From NCBI GenBank assembly GCA_041675185.1, contig JBAYUH010000002.1, positions 1,052 to 65,051 on the forward strand: a DNA stretch of 64,000 nt, given 5' to 3'. The translations under genes and the position numbers were made by a program. Under the pieces are notes generated by a model, which was given only the letters and a program-made list of their open reading frames with translations, made no database searches and was not told where the DNA came from. Shown here piece by piece: positions 37,613 to 48,330 of this stretch. Each line of letters opens with the position of its first letter. The stretch's first letter is position 1. Source of the DNA: Candidatus Magasanikiibacteriota bacterium. GTDB lineage: Bacteria; Patescibacteriota; Patescibacteriia; Magasanikbacterales; UBA922.

Positions 37613-40084
37613 ATGGACAAAAGAAAAAAGAAAAAACATTCTCGTCTAGACCCTACATTATCACGCGGTATTATAGCCGTGCTTTTGACTGTGTTTGCGA
37701 TTATTATTATCCTTAGTTTTTTTAATAAAGCAGGTTTTGTAGGTATTATGCTCAACGATTATATCTTGAGTTTTCTTTTTGGTTCTATTAGATATTTTAC
37801 ACCAATTATAATATTGATACTTTCTTGGTTTTTGATAAGAGATATTAAATACAATTATCGACCAACCCATTTGATTGGTTCTCTTATCTTTTTCTTATCA
37901 CTATCAAGTATCATGCATCTCAATTTCACTACCTCTGATATGTGGCAAGAAGCTCTTAGTGGACATGGTGGTGGAATATTTGGGATGTTGGCTTGGCCAA
38001 TGAAACAATATTTAGGTATTATTGCTAGCTATGTTATCTTAGTTGGTGTGGTAATTATTTCTGTTTTCTTAATTTTCAATACCACTCTTACATCCTTTGT
38101 TATTATCCACCAAAAAATATTTGAAGGTTTAGGTTGGATTGGTAGAAGTGTTTTATTTATTATCAAAAAATTATTTGTACCAAATCCAAACAAATCAAAT
38201 GTAAAAATCAAAGGCGATTATGAAGAAGAAGAAAATTATACTGATACTGATGATGACAATGTATTAGAAGATGATGAAGAAGAAACAGAAAAACATGGCC
38301 GTCGTTTCCTCAGTAAAAAAATTCAAATACAAGAAGAAGATCTAGCCGAAGAAAAAGATAAAAAAGAAATTCCAAAATTTAAAGAAAAGGAAGAAAAGAA
38401 AAAAGATGATGTCTGGTCAAAACGTGTCATTATCAAAAATCTACCACCCCTAGAATTATTAACAACCAAAAAAGGCAAGCCAACAAGTGGCGATATCAAA
38501 TCCAATGCTGAAATAATTCGTAGCACTCTCAATGAATTCAATGTTGGTGTAGCCATGGGAGAAGTACGTGTCGGACCAACAGTCACTCAATATTCTCTAA
38601 AACCTGACAAAGGAGTCAAGCTTACCAAAATTACTACCCTATCCAATGACTTGGCTTTGGCTCTAGCTGCTCACCCAATTCGTATTGAAGCACCCATACC
38701 AGGACAATCTCTAGTAGGTATTGAAGTGCCAAACCAAAAAACTGCCATTGTCTCTCTGCGAGAATTATTAGAATCAAAAGAATTCACCACACGTAATCAC
38801 AACCTAATGATTGCTCTTGGCAAAGATGTTGGTGGCAAAGTTTGGTTTGCGGATTTACCAAAAATGCCTCATTTATTGATTGCTGGTGCTACTGGCAGTG
38901 GAAAGACTGTTTGTATGAATACTATTATCATGAGTTTGCTTTATCAAAACACTGCAGAAACTCTACGTATGATAATGGTCGATCCAAAAAGAGTAGAGCT
39001 CACACTTTACAACGGCATTCCCCATCTTTTGACACCAGTCATCACCAATACCCAACAAACTGTCAATGCTCTCAAATGGTGTATTGGTGAAATGGATAGA
39101 AGATTTGAGATGTTATCAAAAGTTGGCAACCGTGATATTACTTCCTACAACGAAGCTTTCAAAGCCAACAAAATGCCTCACATTGTTTTCATTATTGATG
39201 AACTTGCCGACCTGATGGCAACTGCAGCTGGTGAAGTAGAAGCTGGAATTATCCGCCTAGCCCAAATGGCTCGTGCTGTAGGTATTCATCTAATAGTTGC
39301 AACTCAAAGACCAAGTGTGGATGTCATTACTGGTCTGATGAAAGCCAATATTCCAGCTCGTATTGCTTTTTCAGTAGCTTCACTTGTTGACTCCAGAACT
39401 ATTCTGGATTGCAGTGGTGCTGAAAAACTTATTGGTCGTGGTGACATGCTTTTTCAAACAGCTGAATTAGGAAAACCTGTTCGTATTCAAGGTTCTTATA
39501 TTTCTGAATCTGAAATGAAAAGTGTAGTCAAGTATCTCAAAGGAGATGATGAACCAGAATATGATAACTCTATTGTTGAAAGCAAAAAAAATAATGGAGG
39601 TACTGTAAATATGTTTGGTGGAGTTTCTGATGATCAAGATCCGCTCTTCGAAGAATGTAAAGATCTAATAATAAAATATGAAAAAGCTAGTGCTTCCTTT
39701 CTCCAACGTCGCCTCAAAATTGGTTATGCCAGAGCTGCTAGAATTCTTGATGAATTAGAAGAGGCTGGAATTATTGGCCCTTCCAATGGTGCCAAAGCTC
39801 GTGAAATCTTAGCCACAGCCGAGACAGCTGGTCGTACGATGAATGCTGGTGGCGAACACAATGTTTTTTCTGAACCAGAAAAAGATGAGTCCTCCTTCGC
39901 TGAAGCTTCGGTGGATGAAGAAGAAATAGAAACACCTGAAGAGACAGAAGATCAATATGCTAATGTAGATATGGATGAAGAGGAAGAAAGTACTGATGAC
40001 GAAGAAGAATATGACGAAACAAAAACTGAAGATGAAATAGACGATGACCATACACATGACAAACGATCAAATTTTGAGTATTAG
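37613..40084 (+). CDS. ftsK: DNA translocase FtsK/SpoIIIE with N-terminal membrane domain, motor domain, gamma (winged-helix) domain and an unusual acidic C-terminal extension
   Basis: Walker A GATGSGKT, Walker B IIDELADLM, and ATQRPSVDVITGLMKANIPARIAFSVAS. The gamma domain reads LQRRLKIGYARAARILDELEEAGIIGP. The ATG at 37613 is preferred over the TTG at 37538. Confidence 0.85.
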   Translation: MDKRKKKKHSRLDPTLSRGIIAVLLTVFAIIIILSFFNKAGFVGIMLNDYILSFLFGSIRYFTPIIILILSWFLIRDIKYNYRPTHLIGSLIFFLSLSSIMHLNFTTSDMWQEALSGHGGGIFGMLAWPMKQYLGIIASYVILVGVVIISVFLIFNTTLTSFVIIHQKIFEGLGWIGRSVLFIIKKLFVPNPNKSNVKIKGDYEEEENYTDTDDDNVLEDDEEETEKHGRRFLSKKIQIQEEDLAEEKDKKEIPKFKEKEEKKKDDVWSKRVIIKNLPPLELLTTKKGKPTSGDIKSNAEIIRSTLNEFNVGVAMGEVRVGPTVTQYSLKPDKGVKLTKITTLSNDLALALAAHPIRIEAPIPGQSLVGIEVPNQKTAIVSLRELLESKEFTTRNHNLMIALGKDVGGKVWFADLPKMPHLLIAGATGSGKTVCMNTIIMSLLYQNTAETLRMIMVDPKRVELTLYNGIPHLLTPVITNTQQTVNALKWCIGEMDRRFEMLSKVGNRDITSYNEAFKANKMPHIVFIIDELADLMATAAGEVEAGIIRLAQMARAVGIHLIVATQRPSVDVITGLMKANIPARIAFSVASLVDSRTILDCSGAEKLIGRGDMLFQTAELGKPVRIQGSYISESEMKSVVKYLKGDDEPEYDNSIVESKKNNGGTVNMFGGVSDDQDPLFEECKDLIIKYEKASASFLQRRLKIGYARAARILDELEEAGIIGPSNGAKAREILATAETAGRTMNAGGEHNVFSEPEKDESSFAEASVDEEEIETPEETEDQYANVDMDEEEESTDDEEEYDETKTEDEIDDDHTHDKRSNFEY

Positions 40085-40241
40085 AGTTTGTGAAATTTCT
40101 AATATGGCAATAATTTGTTTTCATAAATTATTTGTGATTACACGTTAACAAAATTGTATCATTGCACCACATCACACATACGTGAACGTTATACGCCATT
40201 GAGTTTTGGTGTATATTTAATCTAAGTTTTAACCAATTAAT

Positions 40242-40694
40242 ATGGAAACAAGTAAATCAAAAATTTTCGCTCAATTTGTTGCAGGCATTTTCGGTGGCAC
40301 AATTTTGGGCATCACAGGACTTCTAACTATGATGAACTATGGCGGGAATCATGGCTGTTGGGCATTTATTGATTATCTCTTCGGTACAGCAGGATATGAA
40401 TCCTGTGGATCATTTGGATCAATTGCTGGAATTATCATCGGCACAATTCTTGGTATAACAGTCATCAGCAAGGTAAAAATTTCAAATTATTCTAAGGTCG
40501 CTATTTACTTACTCTTCGGTGCATTCATTCTACCATTTATATACGGAGTCATTATGTTTTGGCCACCATTTGAGGATGGCGATCTTCTCATTGTACCACC
40601 TGCAATTCTTGGATTTATAATCGCTTCAATAATTCCGTCAGTGATTATTACTGGGGCAATAAATTGGCGAAAATTTTTAGGAAGGAATAAATAA
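40242..40694 (+). CDS. Hypothetical polytopic membrane protein
   Basis: Four to five hydrophobic helices. No family recognised. Confidence 0.4.
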   Translation: METSKSKIFAQFVAGIFGGTILGITGLLTMMNYGGNHGCWAFIDYLFGTAGYESCGSFGSIAGIIIGTILGITVISKVKISNYSKVAIYLLFGAFILPFIYGVIMFWPPFEDGDLLIVPPAILGFIIASIIPSVIITGAINWRKFLGRNK

Positions 40695-40800
40695 CAACGA
40701 CACCAAAACTCAACAAAACATATAGCATGGGATATACGGTTCGCAATCTAAATAGCAAATATTTTTTCTCTATTTAATTTCAAACACTTTTTTATTTTTT

Positions 40801-41643
40801 ATGAATCCTGAAATGAAATCACAAAATCCTTCCAATAATCACAAAGGACTCGAAATGTATTTTTCGCCAGAAATCACTGAAAAATTTGCTGAACATGAAC
40901 AGAACGAAAAAAATTTCAAAGTTGCTCAAATTGTTGATACCATACTTCTTCAAGAGTCTACTGATTTGAAAACTCCAATTTATTCTGCGGAGTTAGGTGG
41001 TGGCGCCCATCCTGATAGATACGACGAGTTTTTCAACAAATTAGCAAACGAACATGGACACATGGATTGGGTTGATGTAGCACCTCTTATGCTCGAACTG
41101 GCAAAAAAATACATTTCGAACGAAAAATATCAAAACCGAAAGGACGTTATCACCTTCGTAAAGAGTGAAATATTAGAATATCTGCGTGGGCTTGAAAATG
41201 AAAAACTTGACCTTACTATCATGAAGTATACGATTGACCATATTGATAATCTTGGTATGTTATTTGAGCTACTCTCTGAAAAATTGACGCAAAGCGGAAA
41301 ACTTATCGCCACAATTGGAAGTACAAGTCCAGAATTAAAAAGTTATTCAACTAATGCGCGGTATTTATATAATGGTGAGCAATTCCCTGATAATGAAACT
41401 CGTACATTAAAAGACGGTGATAATTTTACAGTCAAGTTTTTCAAAGTATCAGGTAATCCAAATGCTGGCTATATTGAAGGTGCTGAAACACTGAAGTATT
41501 TTCATTCAGCTGAAAAAATCAAGCAACTTGCTGAGTCCTACGGTTTTGATTTTTTTCTCGGAGATTGGAAGGATTTTGTTTCGCAAGAGAATCAAAAAGG
41601 TGAAACGATGAATCAAGATGTGTTAGTGCTAACAAAAAAATAG
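40801..41643 (+). CDS. Hypothetical protein, possibly a class I SAM-dependent methyltransferase
   Basis: Possible motif I YSAELGGGAHP and post-I acidic WVDVAP. This is a weak assignment. Confidence 0.3.
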   Translation: MNPEMKSQNPSNNHKGLEMYFSPEITEKFAEHEQNEKNFKVAQIVDTILLQESTDLKTPIYSAELGGGAHPDRYDEFFNKLANEHGHMDWVDVAPLMLELAKKYISNEKYQNRKDVITFVKSEILEYLRGLENEKLDLTIMKYTIDHIDNLGMLFELLSEKLTQSGKLIATIGSTSPELKSYSTNARYLYNGEQFPDNETRTLKDGDNFTVKFFKVSGNPNAGYIEGAETLKYFHSAEKIKQLAESYGFDFFLGDWKDFVSQENQKGETMNQDVLVLTKK

Positions 41644-41768
41644 CATTTTATAACAACTAAAACTCAATTATCACACACGAACGTCAATTGAAATGGGGGC
41701 TATCTATTATCTGTGATTAAGTGTAAGCTTCTAATGATCAACGCCTATTCATTAACCAAAAAAAATCT

Positions 41769-42341
41769 ATGGAACAAACAAAATCCAATGTGGGATCAAT
41801 AGTCCTCACCATCATTATCACTGCTATTGTGGTAGGAGGTGGAATTTATTACTTCCAAAAAAGTAAAGTTGTTACCCCAAATGAACAACAAACTGGACAG
41901 TCACAAACCGAGACAACTAGCAAACCTATAAAATCAGATGAACAGATAGCTCAATCAAAAATGACCGTGACTGATGAAGGTACTGAGTACACAAACTTCA
42001 TCTATCATTTCTCAGTGATTTTGCCAAAAAGTTGGGGAAAAATTGTAGAGAGCAAAGATGCTATCCTAAGTGAAGTAAAAATTTATGACAACATCCGTTT
42101 AGTTTCAGAAAATGATTCTATGCAACGCTACATTCAATTTCAAATTGTAGAAACCAAAGATAAAAACGATTCATTGATTTCTGATTATCCCCAGACATTG
42201 ATTACAGGTAATCCAACTTATACATTTTATTATTCTGGTAGCCAAGATCTTTCAGGATATGGTGGTATAGAGGAAAGTGTGGATTCAGCAAAAATCCAAG
42301 CTGAAATTTTACAAATCAAAGAAAGTTTTAAACTTTTTTAG
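41769..42341 (+). CDS. Hypothetical membrane-anchored protein
   Basis: Single N-terminal TM VGSIVLTIIITAIVVGGGIYYF followed by a soluble domain. Confidence 0.4.
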   Translation: MEQTKSNVGSIVLTIIITAIVVGGGIYYFQKSKVVTPNEQQTGQSQTETTSKPIKSDEQIAQSKMTVTDEGTEYTNFIYHFSVILPKSWGKIVESKDAILSEVKIYDNIRLVSENDSMQRYIQFQIVETKDKNDSLISDYPQTLITGNPTYTFYYSGSQDLSGYGGIEESVDSAKIQAEILQIKESFKLF

Positions 42342-42477
42342 TAATCAAACCAAACAATATTGTATAAACTATTTGCCTATAAACTTATATAAGTGATGAT
42401 GTTAACTTAAATAAAAAAACAGACTTCTCCAAAGTCTGTTTTTATATTTTAATAATTTAATATTTTTATACTAAAAA

Positions 42478-43533
42478 TTATTCTTCCACACTCTCATCTT
42501 CCCCTACTTTGCCTTTTTCTTCATCTGGAGCTTCGCCAAGTTTTACTGCTTCCCAAACTTTTGTTTTTATTTCCACCATCAACTTTGGATTTTCACGCAA
42601 AAATTGTTTAGCTTTTTCACGACCAACACCAAGTTTTTCCTCACCAAAAGTATAACTGTTACCAGATTTGTGAATGACTTTGTAAGTAACACCAGTATCT
42701 ATCATATCTCCAGAAACTGAAATACCTTCATTGTACATGATATCAAATTCTGTGGTACGGAAAGGTGCAGCAACTTTGTTCTTCACAATTTTTACTTTTA
42801 CTCTGTTGCCAATAATCTTGTCACCTTGTTTGATTTGAGCACTACGACGAACTTCGATACGAACTGAGGAATAAAATTTGAGAGCAGTACCACCAGTAGT
42901 AGTCTCAGGGTTACCAAAAAATACACCAATTTTTTGTCTAGTCTGGTTGATAAAGATAACTACAGTTCTAGTCTTACTTACAATACCTGTCAATTTGCGC
43001 AAAGCTTGAGACATTAGTCTAGCTTGTAAACCCATATGACTAGCACCCATTTCACCTTCAATTTCAGCTTTTGGCACAAGAGCAGCGACAGAGTCGACCA
43101 CTACAACATCTACAGCATTGGAACGAACAAGAGTTTCCAAAATTTCTAGAGCTTGTTCACCTGTATCTGGCTGAGAAATATACAAAGCATTGATATCTAC
43201 ACCAATTTTCTTGGCATATTCTGGATCTAGTGCATGTTCTGCATCCACAAAAGCTGCAATACCACCAAGTTTCTGGACTTCGGAGATGATATGTTGAGCC
43301 AAAGTAGTCTTACCACTGGCTTCTGGTCCAAAAATTTCTATAATACGTCCACGAGGTACACCACCAACACCAAGAGCAATATCTAAAGATACTGAGCCTG
43401 TAGAGACTGCATCCACTTCCATAGTTTTGGCTTCACCAAAACGCATAATAGAGTTGTCTCCATACTTTTGTTTAATTTGATCAATAGCTGTCTTAGCAGC
43501 TTCCATTTTTGGACTTTCTTTCTTGATAGCCAT
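42478..43533 (-). CDS. recA: Recombinase RecA
   Basis: Walker [14 protein letters not shown], plus L1/L2 loop regions, and an acidic C-terminus; 351 aa. Confidence 0.95.
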   Translation of the reverse strand: MAIKKESPKMEAAKTAIDQIKQKYGDNSIMRFGEAKTMEVDAVSTGSVSLDIALGVGGVPRGRIIEIFGPEASGKTTLAQHIISEVQKLGGIAAFVDAEHALDPEYAKKIGVDINALYISQPDTGEQALEILETLVRSNAVDVVVVDSVAALVPKAEIEGEMGASHMGLQARLMSQALRKLTGIVSKTRTVVIFINQTRQKIGVFFGNPETTTGGTALKFYSSVRIEVRRSAQIKQGDKIIGNRVKVKIVKNKVAAPFRTTEFDIMYNEGISVSGDMIDTGVTYKVIHKSGNSYTFGEEKLGVGREKAKQFLRENPKLMVEIKTKVWEAVKLGEAPDEEKGKVGEDESVEE

Positions 43534-43713
43534 AATACTTACTTTAGTTGAGTTAAATTTGATAAAAAGACAGGCTTATTTTTGGAATAAAAAAGAGGGA
43601 AATTCTCTCCTTTGTGCTTAATTTTACTACGTGATAGATATTGTGTCAAACAGCATACGTGTTTATTTCTTGAGATAGAGATGTTATAATAATACACAGT
43701 TTTAATACCAAAT

Positions 43714-44055
43714 ATGCAAAAATATACAGAAGAAAGACCTTGGGGAAAATTCAAACAATTTTGTCACAATGAACAAGTGACTGTCAAAATAATTTCAGTG
43801 AAACCACACTCTAAATTAAGTCTTCAATACCACCACAAAAGAGATGAATTCTGGAGAGTAGTGAGTGGTAAGGGACAAATTATTATTGGTGAAGAGATTA
43901 TTGATGTACAAATTGGTGATGAACATTTCATACCCAAGACTACCAAACACAGGATGATGACAAAAAATGATGAATTAGAAATTATGGAAATATCTTTTGG
44001 AGAATTTGATGAAAACGATATTATACGATTGGAAGATAATTATAATAGAAAATAA
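43714..44055 (+). CDS. Cupin-domain protein (mannose-6-phosphate-isomerase-like cupin_2)
   Basis: Two His-containing beta-barrel motifs LQYHHKRDEFWRVVSGKG and HFIPKTTKHRMM. Confidence 0.45.
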   Translation: MQKYTEERPWGKFKQFCHNEQVTVKIISVKPHSKLSLQYHHKRDEFWRVVSGKGQIIIGEEIIDVQIGDEHFIPKTTKHRMMTKNDELEIMEISFGEFDENDIIRLEDNYNRK

Positions 44056-44095
44056 AAAAACGACCTACGTCGTTTTTTTGTATATTTAAATAAAT

Positions 44096-44788
44096 TTACC
44101 TCAAAGAAATACCACTATTATTTTTGTAAATTACGTTCCTAACCTCTTCAGTAGTTTTACCATGTTTGTTCTTGGCTTCTATTACAAAAGTATTGATACC
44201 TGGTAGAAGATTTATACTCTGGCTGAAGTTTCCATTTTCATCATTTTTTACCAATTCATCATTGATAGTGATTTGAATTTCTGGATCAGTTTTACCATTG
44301 ACGTCTACAAAATTGCTATTACTAATAAAACCATTTTCTGGAGATATTACTAATAGAATTGGTGGCGTCAAAACATTTTTGACATGAAAACCAAGAAAAA
44401 GAAGAAGTAAAAACACAAATATACCAAAAAATGAAAACCGTAAAATATTTGGTATATTACTAAAATGGTATTTTCTGTATTTTAAATTTGGCGTATTATC
44501 TTTTGGTGTTTCGTATGTCAATTCTTCGTTGACAAATTGCTCTACAAAACACATCGCATCCTCTCCCAAAGCTTGGACATACTTTTTTACAAAATTCTTT
44601 TTGTACAAAGAAGATTGTGGCAAATCCGAAAAACGACATTCTTCGATTGCTCTTAAATATTCTTTGTTTATTTTGGTTTTTGATTCTAATTCTAACAAAG
44701 AAATATGTTTTTCTTCACGCAAAGCTTTGAGACGAACACAAATTCTTGTGGTAGGTAACAAACATTTCTTTTTGAAAGATACTTCCAT
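44096..44788 (-). CDS. RodZ-like protein: N-terminal Xre-type HTH, single TM segment, C-terminal domain
   Basis: HTH LKALREEKHISLLELESKTKINKEYLRAIE, then TM FGIFVFLLLLFLGF. The architecture matches RodZ. Confidence 0.45.
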   Translation of the reverse strand: MEVSFKKKCLLPTTRICVRLKALREEKHISLLELESKTKINKEYLRAIEECRFSDLPQSSLYKKNFVKKYVQALGEDAMCFVEQFVNEELTYETPKDNTPNLKYRKYHFSNIPNILRFSFFGIFVFLLLLFLGFHVKNVLTPPILLVISPENGFISNSNFVDVNGKTDPEIQITINDELVKNDENGNFSQSINLLPGINTFVIEAKNKHGKTTEEVRNVIYKNNSGISLR

Positions 44789-44791
44789 AAA

Positions 44792-46672
44792 TTATTGGTA
44801 AATCAAATTTATATTTATACCAGTATAATAATATTGTAATATTTCTCGCCAATTTTTACCACCTTCATCAGCCATATAGGCAGCATCACGAGCACTCATA
44901 CCTACGCCATGACCAAACAAAGATTTGTGATCTCTCTGATCATAAGTAGCTGGGACTGATACAAGCCAAGGCTTGATGGCTCCACCCCAAACTTCTGTCC
45001 AACTTCTCGTACGACCATCACTATTACCATAGTATGGTGTAATGACTATATTATTGTCATAAGTAATCATATATCCCCTAGTAGCTTTTTGGGCAGCGAC
45101 TACATTTGGCATGAGTAATTCACTAGCTACACCTAGATAAAGTTGGTCACCAGTATTGGCAACTACATCAAAATTACGAGAATCATGTTTGTTGGTATAT
45201 TCTTTGATATAATAACCATAAGTACGAGCAGCTACTAACAAAGCTTTGACATATTCTGTCGGACCAATATTGGAAGTTTCAGCAATACCAGCTATATAAT
45301 CTTCTATCAAAACTTCTTCAATCACATACACGTCTGCCCCACTATTTGTTTTTCGTAATTCCATTATACCACGATATTTGTTGAAGTTTACAGGCCCTTT
45401 CCAAGTCACTGCCCTGTTGTAATTTACTAGAGAAAAAATAGCATGCATATCATTTTGTGGCACAAGACGAATGAATTGATTGGTAGAAAAATCTAATCCA
45501 AAAGAATTGAAATAATAAATACCATCTAGATAATACATTGTAGCAAGAGTATTTCTACTCAAAATACCTTGCTGTATATCGCCAGCAAAAACAAGATAAT
45601 TGTCATCAGCTGATTGGAATTTGACTTTATCTTCTGGATTTTGCCAAACCCCTACTCTAATAGTAGGCTCTTGTGTAAGGCGTGGTACTTCTTGATTGAT
45701 GATTGGTGAATCAGAATAATTGGCAGCATTAGCAGTCACATTTACTGGAATATTTATTTCCATGTTATTTATTTCTTTGTCGTCAGCTTTTAATTTTAAG
45801 GTCAAAGTATAAGCTCCAGCTTTGCCAGGTGTCACAAAATTGAACTGATCTCTTGTGGTACCCCATTGAGTTATTTCTTGAATTTTTTCCAAAATAGTAT
45901 TGCTATCTTTCCAGTCAGAATCAGCAAAAGTAAGATTTGAAACTGAATCACTTGCCAATGACACAGGGCTGTTGGCGACAATAGAATATTTTTGCCAAGT
46001 AGCTGTACCTAAATTTTGCAAACCTAAAATAATTTTTACTTTTTTACCACCTTGAGCTGTTACACTTTTGGTATTTAGGATAAATTGTTTGGCCTGATAG
46101 TCACTAGAAGCGACTTTGTCTGTAGTAGTACTGTTTAATGTAGTGTTTGTAGAACTATTATTTGATGTAGAAACTATAGTTTTTGGTACGACATTTAAAA
46201 TAAAATAAAAATAACCACCCTTAACCCAAGAATAGTTTTGTGCAGCTAACCAAAATTTCTCAGTATATGTCCCAACTTTTTCAGGAGCTTTTATTTGGAT
46301 ACTAATCGTACCTGTTTCACCAGGTTTTATTTTGCCAGCAATTTTGGCTGTTTGTTCTTTGTCCAACCAGTTGGCTCCAGCAAAATCAGAATTATGATAA
46401 CGTGGTTCCATAGTAAAAGCAGAAATAAAATTTTTGCCATTACCATCCCAAGTTGCTGTGCCGATATTTTTGAACTTGAAATCTACAGTAATCGTAGCTC
46501 CAGCTTCAATTTTGATAGGATCATTGACACTTTGACTAATATACTTGGCAGCAAAACCAGAATCACGTACTGTTACTACTGGCAAAGTAGCTGATCTAGT
46601 AATAGAAGGTGCAAAAATACTACTTATAATAAGTAAACCTATAAAATATAAAGAAACTTTTTTGGAAATCAT
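44792..46672 (-). CDS. SpoIID/LytB-domain protein (peptidoglycan lytic transglycosylase/amidase-enhancer family) with N-terminal repeated beta-rich domains
   Basis: C-terminal region ALLVAARTYGYYI...GDQLYLG fits the SpoIID signature. Has a signal peptide; 626 aa. Confidence 0.5.
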   Translation of the reverse strand: MISKKVSLYFIGLLIISSIFAPSITRSATLPVVTVRDSGFAAKYISQSVNDPIKIEAGATITVDFKFKNIGTATWDGNGKNFISAFTMEPRYHNSDFAGANWLDKEQTAKIAGKIKPGETGTISIQIKAPEKVGTYTEKFWLAAQNYSWVKGGYFYFILNVVPKTIVSTSNNSSTNTTLNSTTTDKVASSDYQAKQFILNTKSVTAQGGKKVKIILGLQNLGTATWQKYSIVANSPVSLASDSVSNLTFADSDWKDSNTILEKIQEITQWGTTRDQFNFVTPGKAGAYTLTLKLKADDKEINNMEINIPVNVTANAANYSDSPIINQEVPRLTQEPTIRVGVWQNPEDKVKFQSADDNYLVFAGDIQQGILSRNTLATMYYLDGIYYFNSFGLDFSTNQFIRLVPQNDMHAIFSLVNYNRAVTWKGPVNFNKYRGIMELRKTNSGADVYVIEEVLIEDYIAGIAETSNIGPTEYVKALLVAARTYGYYIKEYTNKHDSRNFDVVANTGDQLYLGVASELLMPNVVAAQKATRGYMITYDNNIVITPYYGNSDGRTRSWTEVWGGAIKPWLVSVPATYDQRDHKSLFGHGVGMSARDAAYMADEGGKNWREILQYYYTGININLIYQ

Positions 46673-46904
46673 AAAATACAGGTTATAAAGCAGATAAATT
46701 AGTTTTAATTATTATAACACATTCTGCTACTTTTCTCCAACAGCCCTATTGGCCAAGTAGATATTGCTAAATTAAGCAAAATTTGTTAAAATGGGCATAA
46801 GTTTTTATAGTTGAAATTGTTCTAAATGTTGTATCATTTTATTTGTTATAATTGATTAGTCATCTACAACATTTTAGAACACCTAAAACATTTACCACAA
46901 TTTT

Positions 46905-48326
46905 ATGTCAGTCACCAAACAAGTCGCTCACAATACTTTTTTTCAAATGCTAGGTAAAATTATCTCGACTTTTTTTGGTTTGGCAGCTGTTGCTATGATG
47001 ACACGTTATTTGGGCCAAGAAAAATTTGGTTGGTACATTACCACTATTTCCTTTTTGGGCGTGATAGGAATATTTATAGATTTTGGTATGACACCAGTCA
47101 CTGCCCAAATACTTGGCGAAAATAAATTTGATAAAACAAAAATATTCAATAATCTTGTCACTTTTAGATTTTTGTCTGCTATTTTTTTCTTGAGTTTAGC
47201 TCCACTCATTGCCTTGTTCTTCCCTTATCCAAATACTGTCAAAATTGCTATTAGTTTTACAGCTATATCTTTTGTGGCAATTTCTCTAAACCAAGTTTTT
47301 ATTGGGTTTTTACAAGAAAAACTCCAAATGCACATTCAAGCTATTGGAGAAATAATTGGTAGATTTGTCTTAGTCATTGGTCTTCTGATAGCCATATACA
47401 ACCAAGCTCAATTTCTGACTATCATGCTAGTAATAATTTTGGCTAGTATTGCTTACACTACCACACTCTATTTATTTATACGCAAAAAAACCAAACTAAA
47501 TTTCAGTTTTGACAAAAATATTTGGCGAGAAATTATCATAAAAATGTGGCCAATAGCTGTAGCTATAATTTTCAATGTAGTTTATTTGAGAGGAGATTTA
47601 TTGTTATTAAGTTTTTTTGGTTCACAAACTGATGTTGGGATTTATGGTGCAGCTTACCGAGTCATAGATATTGTGGTCCAGACTGCCATGATGATCATGG
47701 GGGTGATGTTGCCACTACTAGCCACTTCTTGGGTACAAAAAAACAAAGAAGAATTCAAACAAAGATACCAAGTAGCATTTGACGCTATGATGATACTAGC
47801 TATCCCGATGTTTACTGGTTTGTTTTTGTTATCTCACAAAATAATGGTTCTAGTAGCTGGACAAGATTTTTTTATTTCTGGTAATGCTTTACAAATTTTG
47901 TCTTTGGCGATTTTGGGTGTTTTTTGGGCAGGAATTTTTGGACATCTAGTCGTAGCTGTCAATCTCCAAAAAGAAGTCTTATGGGTTTATATCAGTAATG
48001 CTATTATTACTTTCACTGGTTATATGATTTTTATCCCAAAATATGGTATGTATGGAGCAGCTTGGATGACAGTATTTTCTGAATGGTATACAGCTGTTAT
48101 GGTCACTTTGGTAGCCAGAAAAAATGTCAAAGAAAAAATAAACTATAAATTTCTCACAAAAGTAATATTCTCAAGTATAATCATGGGAGTCTTCATAATT
48201 CTACTAAACAAAATACAAATTCTAATTTTGATAACAATTAGTATAGCTATCTATACTTTGATGCTATTTGCAACCAGAGCTGTTTCCAAAGGACAAATGA
48301 AAGATATTTTAAGTCTAAAGAGCTAA
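46905..48326 (+). CDS. Polysaccharide/oligosaccharide flippase, MOP superfamily (Wzx/MurJ-like)
   Basis: A 473-aa protein with ~12-14 TM helices and Polysacc_synt-like topology. Confidence 0.55.
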   Translation: MSVTKQVAHNTFFQMLGKIISTFFGLAAVAMMTRYLGQEKFGWYITTISFLGVIGIFIDFGMTPVTAQILGENKFDKTKIFNNLVTFRFLSAIFFLSLAPLIALFFPYPNTVKIAISFTAISFVAISLNQVFIGFLQEKLQMHIQAIGEIIGRFVLVIGLLIAIYNQAQFLTIMLVIILASIAYTTTLYLFIRKKTKLNFSFDKNIWREIIIKMWPIAVAIIFNVVYLRGDLLLLSFFGSQTDVGIYGAAYRVIDIVVQTAMMIMGVMLPLLATSWVQKNKEEFKQRYQVAFDAMMILAIPMFTGLFLLSHKIMVLVAGQDFFISGNALQILSLAILGVFWAGIFGHLVVAVNLQKEVLWVYISNAIITFTGYMIFIPKYGMYGAAWMTVFSEWYTAVMVTLVARKNVKEKINYKFLTKVIFSSIIMGVFIILLNKIQILILITISIAIYTLMLFATRAVSKGQMKDILSLKS

Positions 48327-48330
48327 CAAC

